In this document: piece by piece, positions 58,593 to 64,000 of the stretch
Numbering within the stretch: position 1 is the first letter of the stretch
Layout: each line of letters begins with the position of its first letter
Made by a program: the position numbers and the translations under genes
Notes under the pieces: generated by a model
Told to the model about the DNA's origin: nothing
The model's input: the letters and a program-made list of their open reading frames with translations, nothing else
Database searches by the model: none
NCBI GenBank assembly: GCA_963934255.1
Contig: CAWVXU010000005.1
Location: forward strand, 2,570-66,569
Direction: 5' to 3'
DNA length: 64,000 nucleotides
Source of the DNA: an uncultured Fibrobacterales bacterium
GTDB lineage: Bacteria; Fibrobacterota; Fibrobacteria; Fibrobacterales; CAWVXU01

Positions 58593-58835
58593 TCAATATG
58601 GGCAATTTAAGCAGTCATTTCCACAACAACTTCCACGCCTTAAGTGATAGACCGCTGAGAAAACTAAGTCTCCATTTGCGTTGATCTGGTAGTCTATGCC
58701 CTCTACTGGAGCCAAGGCACCCCCCATGCGGCAAATCATTTCTTTTTCATCAACTGACAATGTCTTGTGATCTTTTAGTGCCTTCTCAAAAACCCCTGTT
58801 AAAATGCCCTTCCCTTGTCCTGCCAATGGGTTCAT
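58593..58835 (-). CDS. DUF5522-like small Cys-rich protein
   Basis: DY..N..G.LVF...[18 protein letters not shown]. Confidence 0.8.
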   Translation of the reverse strand: MNPLAGQGKGILTGVFEKALKDHKTLSVDEKEMICRMGGALAPVEGIDYQINANGDLVFSAVYHLRRGSCCGNDCLNCPY

Positions 58836-59575
58836 TTCTTACCACAGCATTTCTTATATTTCTTGCCAGATCCACATGTGCATGGATCATTACGACCGAT
58901 TTTGGGGGCATCATGAACAACTGGAGTTTTATGAGTAATAGGATGCCATATTTGTGAGAGTTTCTCGAGATGATTGATCATCATGAGATGAAGATCTGAG
59001 ATCTGATCAAGGTAAAAATTATCCCAATCATTTCTCTGTTCATCCGTCAACTCGCCCAAAATCTCCTCATAAGATTCTGGAGTAGAAATAAGTGCCGGCA
59101 TGACCAATTCATGAAAATGTAGCTTAGCTTTTGCCTCCATGTCATCAAAATCCATCCATAAATAGGAGCCCCGAAGGAAGCCATGGGACCATGGTGCAAC
59201 TAAGATGAAAGGCTGAGACTGGTGTGTGTGCTCAGTGAACATAGGATTGTATTCATCCTGGCCCTGTCTCGCCGCAAAGATCTCGTAGAACCAATTCATC
59301 ACTAGCTTAATGAATCGCTCTTCCTCCTCCTCACTCTCCCACTTAGCACCACTTTGATCATTAAAAATAAAGGGTAACCATATATGCGGAGGGATATCTT
59401 GGGGAGATATAACGATAGCAGAGAGGAACCCATCTAAGGAAAATGCTGATTGAATGGAACCTTCTTCTTGATATTTATCCAAGGTCTGTTCGATCCAACC
59501 ATAATCACTCTCTGATAGAGGCTCTACCTTGATATTCATCTTTTCCATCTTGTGGCCTTTGTCATTCATGATCAC
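58832..59575 (-). CDS. UPF0149/YecA-family protein with SEC-C zinc motif
   Basis: [43 protein letters not shown]. Confidence 0.9.
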   Translation of the reverse strand: MIMNDKGHKMEKMNIKVEPLSESDYGWIEQTLDKYQEEGSIQSAFSLDGFLSAIVISPQDIPPHIWLPFIFNDQSGAKWESEEEEERFIKLVMNWFYEIFAARQGQDEYNPMFTEHTHQSQPFILVAPWSHGFLRGSYLWMDFDDMEAKAKLHFHELVMPALISTPESYEEILGELTDEQRNDWDNFYLDQISDLHLMMINHLEKLSQIWHPITHKTPVVHDAPKIGRNDPCTCGSGKKYKKCCGKK

Positions 59576-59851
59576 CTCTTAAAGTTATAAAGATTTTATG
59601 ATCACTTGCAATTTGTTGAAACTCATCAAACGGTTTTGTAAAAACAAGGGGGGCAAACCTTTTTAAGGGAAATGAGATAATAATTAGTTCTAATTAAAGA
59701 ACCGATATTGAAGTCTTCTAGATACTTTTGAAATCGCTTTGCTAAATGTAGAAGTGTGTTTTTTCATTTAGTACTTTGTAACCCATCTCCGTCGAAATGA
59801 CAGATAGGGATCGGACATTATAATAATAAACGCATAATAAGGCAGACCAAT

Positions 59852-60223
59852 ATGACTCGAGAGCCAGAAACACGACCAAGCATCAAGACAATCTCTCAGG
59901 AAAAACAACCCTTAAGCTTGGAGTTATTTCAAAATGAGACTCTGCGGCCAATTTTAAAAATGAAAAATGATGTCATAGTAAATTTTTTTAAACAATATCT
60001 TCTTGATAAGAAAATCATCTGGGCCGACAAAAAAAATGACAAAAAGGAGGAATTCATCTATGAAAATTTAACCCGAGACAGCCTTTTTAAAAATGCCATG
60101 ATACACCTCATTGTAGGTAACTTCTCTCTAAAAGAATTTTTAGAATACATCCCCACCCACAAAGAGTATAATAAGAGAATTTGGAAGATGATCCAACAAA
60201 GGCTTTGCAGTCAGTTGTTTTAA
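59852..60223 (+). CDS. Conserved hypothetical protein (Bacteroidota-like)
   Basis: FQNETLRPILK..N...F..Y ... IVGNFS..E..EY...NKRI..M...RL.SQ. Confidence 0.65.
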   Translation: MTREPETRPSIKTISQEKQPLSLELFQNETLRPILKMKNDVIVNFFKQYLLDKKIIWADKKNDKKEEFIYENLTRDSLFKNAMIHLIVGNFSLKEFLEYIPTHKEYNKRIWKMIQQRLCSQLF

Positions 60224-60440
60224 AAGCCATTGAATTTATTCAGCCTGCCATCTTATTCTTTCTATCAGGTACTTTTTCCTGAGGTGTTTTGTCGCCTGAC
60301 TCGCTATGAAAGCACCCGACGAAGGACAACATGAGAGTGAGTGATATTAAATAAGACTTCTTAATTCAATGGATAACAAAAAAGACCTGCTGTAAGACGG
60401 CTCTTCAGTCTTTGTGAGATAAATTGATACCTCTAATAAA

Positions 60441-60461
60441 TGGAGATGGCGGGAATTGAAC
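60441..60461 (-). mobile_element. Displaced tmRNA (ssrA) 3'-end fragment, att-like site
   Basis: Minus strand GTTCAATTCCCGCCATCTCCA = T-loop + 3' T-stem + acceptor strand (U70, discriminator A); the 5' T-stem and rest of the gene are absent. Confidence 0.7.
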
Positions 60462-60880
60462 TAGCCTATTTACAATAGTGTTTCAATAGATTTTATAAAT
60501 AACTCTAAATCTAACACTCACAAAAACACCTCTTTTTTAGCAAGTAAATATCTTATTCTTGACTAACTTAAAACAAGACAACATAAGCTACGCCTCTTTT
60601 ATCGTGTCGGATTCTGCATGCTATATGAGGAAAACCTTTAATAAATTTCAATATTTGTTAGCATTCAAAAGCATAGGAAATCTTAGTATTTGTAAGTAAT
60701 TCAGATATTAAAAGTTGGACAAAAGTTAACATTAACTCGCATCTAACTATTTATCTATGGTACTCCCTAGATGAGGTTAATTTATCGTATTGCCACGAGT
60801 TTAAAGTTCTCGAACTTGTGCTAAAATCCACAAAAGGCTTGTTACCATTTCAAAGGCAATAAGATACACTTGGACAAAAC

Positions 60881-60908
60881 AAAAAAGGCACCACTAAGGC
60901 ACCTTTAA
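60881..60908 (-). terminator. Intrinsic terminator
   Basis: Minus strand aaaggtgcc-ttagt-ggtgccttt-ttt after the 60929-61321 gene. Confidence 0.6.
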
Positions 60909-60928
60909 TTCAACTATCTAATGGGAAG

Positions 60929-61321
60929 CTAAGTCTTAACGCAAGTTGCTTGATTGATTGCATCTGGAGCACCCTTGTCTTCTTGGTGTACAAAAGAGCC
61001 GCTTTGAAAAATTGTAACTCTTTTGAGCTTCTTATTGAAGAACAATGTGCCTTGGTATGAAAAACCTGCTTGGGTTTGACAAGTTTTTACGCTTGTCTCA
61101 TGATGGACGTTTTTTCTGCAATTTTCATAAAATACCGAGAGGTCTTTTCCAAATCTTTTGATTGTGATTGTTGAATCTGTTTCAGTCAGTACAAAATCTG
61201 TTAAAATATACTTTTCAGGTTCTCCATTGGATTCAATCCCTATTGCTTCGCGGGCTTTACACATCCAAGACTCTGCTAGAATACTTCCAACTAACAATAA
61301 TACCAGTAATAATACTCTCAC
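60929..61321 (-). CDS. Secreted hypothetical protein
   Basis: AAGGGG RBS, signal peptide (..SILA), four Cys. Confidence 0.7.
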   Translation of the reverse strand: MRVLLLVLLLVGSILAESWMCKAREAIGIESNGEPEKYILTDFVLTETDSTITIKRFGKDLSVFYENCRKNVHHETSVKTCQTQAGFSYQGTLFFNKKLKRVTIFQSGSFVHQEDKGAPDAINQATCVKT

Positions 61322-61418
61322 ATTTACCCCTTATTGGCTTACATAAATATACTTATATGAAGCTAGGTTCTCATCTTGGCAATTCTGAATCTTTAATTTC
61401 TCAAAGATATAACCTAAT

Positions 61419-63056
61419 TTATCTGTATGATATTTTATGGCTCCATTGAGTGTTGTGTTGAGATTGGAACTTAACCCAATAGACACCTTGCGGGAGGCTT
61501 TTTAGGTCTAATATACCATGGGAAACCCCTAAGGTTTGACTAAATACACGAGACCCATTTAAATTAAATATACTTACTTGCTCTAAGGTTTCAGAACTAG
61601 AGAAGATAAGCTGATCATTGAAATGCTCAGACTGAAACAGAGCTTGATGTGCTCTTTGTGAGAGGCTAGAGGTTATATAATCATCAGGATGAACCGATTT
61701 AAATGAAGCAAGTGTCCAGGCAGTTTGATGACCAATAGAGGTTGCCTTCCAGGATATCCATTCTGCCGAATTCGAATCAGCAGGTTCGTCATATTGAGGG
61801 AAGTCACCTGTTAACAAAGTATAAATAAAGGCACCACTAGCTCTATCAAGATCCTTGTTCATATGCCAATTATCTGAATATGCTGATTGATCTGGCATAG
61901 CCGCTTTGATGAGAGCATATAAAGTCCTAATAGGTACAGCTCTGGCTAAGGGTAATTCGTTGTCCCTGAGCATCTTACGCGCAACACCTAAATCTGTGCC
62001 ATTTTCAGTACTGCTCTGTCTCCAATCGAGGCCATAGAGCATGGATGTGTCACCATTGTTAGAATGATCCTGCATAGGAAAGCCAAAGGAATAACTAAAC
62101 TGATTGGAGTCTAATTCGTACCTTTTATTCTCTTCAAAATAAGTGTTGGCTCTGCCAAAATTAAAGGAATACGGAGTTAAATCCGTGCCTTGAGAGAGGG
62201 AATAGGCATGAGATTGATTGAAAGAAGAATTTAATCCTCGCAAAATCCCTCTTTCAGAGCTGCTACCCGTGTGATTGTAAGTGAATTGAGAAGTGTTGAG
62301 ATCGCAGAAATCAAAGGGAGAACCTAAACTTTCCTTTACACTTAAATCTCCCAGTTCTGATAAGGGTCTTGGCTTGTCATAGATGTGATTATAAAAGGTG
62401 GACGCTATTAACTCTGATCCACTTGACTGATCAATCAAAATATCCTCAGGTGATACTTGTTCATTTCTTGCTACTGCTCCTAATATGAGGTGAACGGGTG
62501 TTTCTAGATGATTGATAACTTCTTTGAGATGGTGATTAAAAGTTGCTTGATCTATACCAAGATGAGTGTCTACCCAAGGTTGGAGAACATAAATCTCTGC
62601 GCCTCCCAGAGAGATCTCTTTGGCAATTTGCTGAAGACCTAGAGCAAAGTAGCCAGGGAATTGAGTCATGATATAAGGGTCAGCTAGAATAAGGACTTTG
62701 TCCCATTGTTTTTCCTCAATTCCACGAAGAAAGTTTAATCTCTTATCGCGTTCATCAGGCCAAGTCCAATACTGAAGAATAGAATGACGCCTAAATTCCC
62801 AAGTATATTCAGCCCCTCCTCCTCCTAATCCAAAGGTGATATCTTGACTAGCATAAATATCTTCGAAGCTCACTTGAACCGGGCGTGAGTCCTGATCCAT
62901 GAGATCTTGTAACTCAGACGAGAGACTTTCTAGATCATAAGAGTTCACACCACTCTCAATGGAGCGACTCGTCCCTAGAAGAAGAATATGTTCCTTGGCT
63001 GAGAGGTTGGCTATCAAAAAAAGTAGAATGAAAAGTGATTTGAAAGTGATAGACAA
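61419..63056 (-). CDS. Secreted protein with T9SS C-terminal sorting domain (SGNH-like N-terminus possible)
   Basis: GGAGG then TTG at 63056; signal peptide; ILLLGTSRS, D.WH; C-terminal IFNLNG..V..LDL..LPQGVYWVK. Confidence 0.72.
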   Translation of the reverse strand: MSITFKSLFILLFLIANLSAKEHILLLGTSRSIESGVNSYDLESLSSELQDLMDQDSRPVQVSFEDIYASQDITFGLGGGGAEYTWEFRRHSILQYWTWPDERDKRLNFLRGIEEKQWDKVLILADPYIMTQFPGYFALGLQQIAKEISLGGAEIYVLQPWVDTHLGIDQATFNHHLKEVINHLETPVHLILGAVARNEQVSPEDILIDQSSGSELIASTFYNHIYDKPRPLSELGDLSVKESLGSPFDFCDLNTSQFTYNHTGSSSERGILRGLNSSFNQSHAYSLSQGTDLTPYSFNFGRANTYFEENKRYELDSNQFSYSFGFPMQDHSNNGDTSMLYGLDWRQSSTENGTDLGVARKMLRDNELPLARAVPIRTLYALIKAAMPDQSAYSDNWHMNKDLDRASGAFIYTLLTGDFPQYDEPADSNSAEWISWKATSIGHQTAWTLASFKSVHPDDYITSSLSQRAHQALFQSEHFNDQLIFSSSETLEQVSIFNLNGSRVFSQTLGVSHGILDLKSLPQGVYWVKFQSQHNTQWSHKISYR

Positions 63057-63123
63057 AATGGGACCTCCAAGAAAGAACAGGCTTCCAATATAATTAAATA
63101 GGCCTTCAGCTAAAACTTTCAAC

Positions 63124-63150
63124 CCTTATTGCGAATTAGTTGCATTAAGG
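63124..63150. promoter_or_regulatory. Palindromic Fur/Zur-type operator, copy 3
   Basis: ccttattgcgaattagttgcattaagg upstream of the DUF1826/COG0523 operon. Confidence 0.72.
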
Positions 63151-63188
63151 AGAATAATGTTTATATTTATAAAAAAAGATGGACAAAG

Positions 63189-63617
63189 ATGACTGACCAA
63201 CTCACTAGAATTTATGAAGATATCAGTGTTTTATTGAGCGCTTACAGCGAATTATCAGATGTGAAAGAGTATGATTTCCTACTTACCACCATAGACGATA
63301 ACATGTGTACTCAGTTTCATTATGATATGAATAAGCTGCGTTTGTTGTGCACCTATGCCGGTCAAGGTACACTTTGGCTGTCAAATTCTAATGTGAATTG
63401 GCCAGCTTTTCAGGATCGCATGACTCAGGATGAGATTGTCATTGACAAAGATGAAGTTCACCAAGCAAAAACAGGGTCCATTGTCATCTTAAAAGGCGCA
63501 CATTACAATCAGGGAAAGACCCCGCCTGTTGTGCATAGAAGCCCACCCATCCAACAATTAAATGAAACCCGTCTTTTGTTACGGATTGATTCTAAGAGAG
63601 AGGCCCTGATCCAATGA
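63189..63617 (+). CDS. DUF1826-domain protein
   Basis: MC.QFHYD...RLLCTYAG.GT.W, LKG, VHRSPP...RLLLRID; start about 63189, N-terminus appears short. Confidence 0.8.
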   Translation: MTDQLTRIYEDISVLLSAYSELSDVKEYDFLLTTIDDNMCTQFHYDMNKLRLLCTYAGQGTLWLSNSNVNWPAFQDRMTQDEIVIDKDEVHQAKTGSIVILKGAHYNQGKTPPVVHRSPPIQQLNETRLLLRIDSKREALIQ

Positions 63618-63805
63618 TCCCTGAAAATTTTGAAAACTGGAAAAAATGTCTAGAAGTCAACTGTAAAATATCGCTTACGAAAGACTTTGCAGCGAGTAGA
63701 CTTCAAATATATACAGATGATACAAATCGAGAAACTAAAAAGTTCGTTGAATTGTATGGTTCAAATCACCTTCACAATGTCATAAAATGGTACAAACAAA
63801 TATGA
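63614..63805 (+). CDS. Small conserved hypothetical protein of COG0523 operons
   Basis: [12 protein letters not shown]...C.I.LT..F...RL......ET..F..LYG..HL; ATGA overlap with the DUF1826 gene. Confidence 0.7.
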   Translation: MIPENFENWKKCLEVNCKISLTKDFAASRLQIYTDDTNRETKKFVELYGSNHLHNVIKWYKQI

Positions 63806-63827
63806 GAATGGTACAAAAAAATATGAG
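63786..63827. repeat. 21-bp near-perfect tandem duplication at a stop/start junction
   Basis: aatggtacaaacaaatatgag followed by aatggtacaaaaaaatatgag. Confidence 0.75.
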
Positions 63828-64000
63828 TCAAGACACGAGATTACCCGTCACAGTTTTAAGTGGATTTTTAGGAGCTGGCAAGACCACGCTATTAAATCAT
63901 ATACTGAACAATAGAGAAGGCCTGAAAGTGGCAGTGATCGTCAATGATATGAGCGAAGTAAACATTGATGCGAGCTTGATTAAAAAGGGAAGCTCCGAGC
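63823..64000 (+). CDS. COG0523/CobW-family GTPase, zinc metallochaperone ZigA-like (partial)
   Basis: [50 protein letters not shown]; runs off the window. Confidence 0.93.
   Translation, partial: MSQDTRLPVTVLSGFLGAGKTTLLNHILNNREGLKVAVIVNDMSEVNIDASLIKKGSSE

Noticed and set aside
59780-59811. Hairpin cccatct..gtc-gaaat-gac-agat.ggg upstream of 59852
   Set aside because: A single imperfect stem with no known motif; insufficient support.
60441-60461. Complete tRNA/tmRNA gene
   Set aside because: Only the T-loop and 3' acceptor strand are present; the adjacent sequence cannot form the T-stem.
403-61449. Many 60-130-aa ORFs nested in or antisense to long genes (e.g. 403-618, 10094-10489, 11724-12062, 19271-19522, 55865-56146)
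   Set aside because: They overlap well-supported CDSs and lack RBSs or motifs.

Overview
AT-rich (roughly 35-38% GC by eye) bacterial chromosomal segment, most consistent with a free-living Fibrobacterota-like organism. The clues are a TIGR02147-type HTH protein, a PorV/PorQ-type barrel, T9SS C-terminal sorting domains, futalosine-pathway MqnA and a CheY-binding-type C-terminal peptide. The left ~40 kb is mostly housekeeping and envelope genes: a surface-polysaccharide cluster, REC-GGDEF, an OmpR/HK pair, mqnA, aroA, pfkA, ABC-F, rlmC and truC. It also holds three unusual multidomain fusions: PorV-TPR-degenerate 5'-nucleotidase-TolB propeller; Sfp-type PPTase fused to a D-cysteine-desulfhydrase-type PLP enzyme; and PBP4/DacB fused to a DUF1460 amidase. 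The right ~24 kb is accessory-like, with a GH18-T9SS protein, a Crp/oxidoreductase/HchA cluster and a dispersed zinc-starvation set (Fur/Zur-like, MerC-like, His/Asp-rich lipoprotein + TonB receptor, DUF1826 + COG0523). Those three Zn loci share a ~27-bp palindromic operator seen three times. Reading between the supplied ORFs found: an unlisted 49-aa ORF with a perfect RBS and C-terminal LAA, divergent from the TIGR02147 gene; a decayed YHYH-YwqK-SCO operon; EamA, IS3 and Phd relics; and a displaced tmRNA 3' end (att-like site). No rRNA, complete tRNA or CRISPR array was seen. All family calls are from motif recognition by eye, not database searches.
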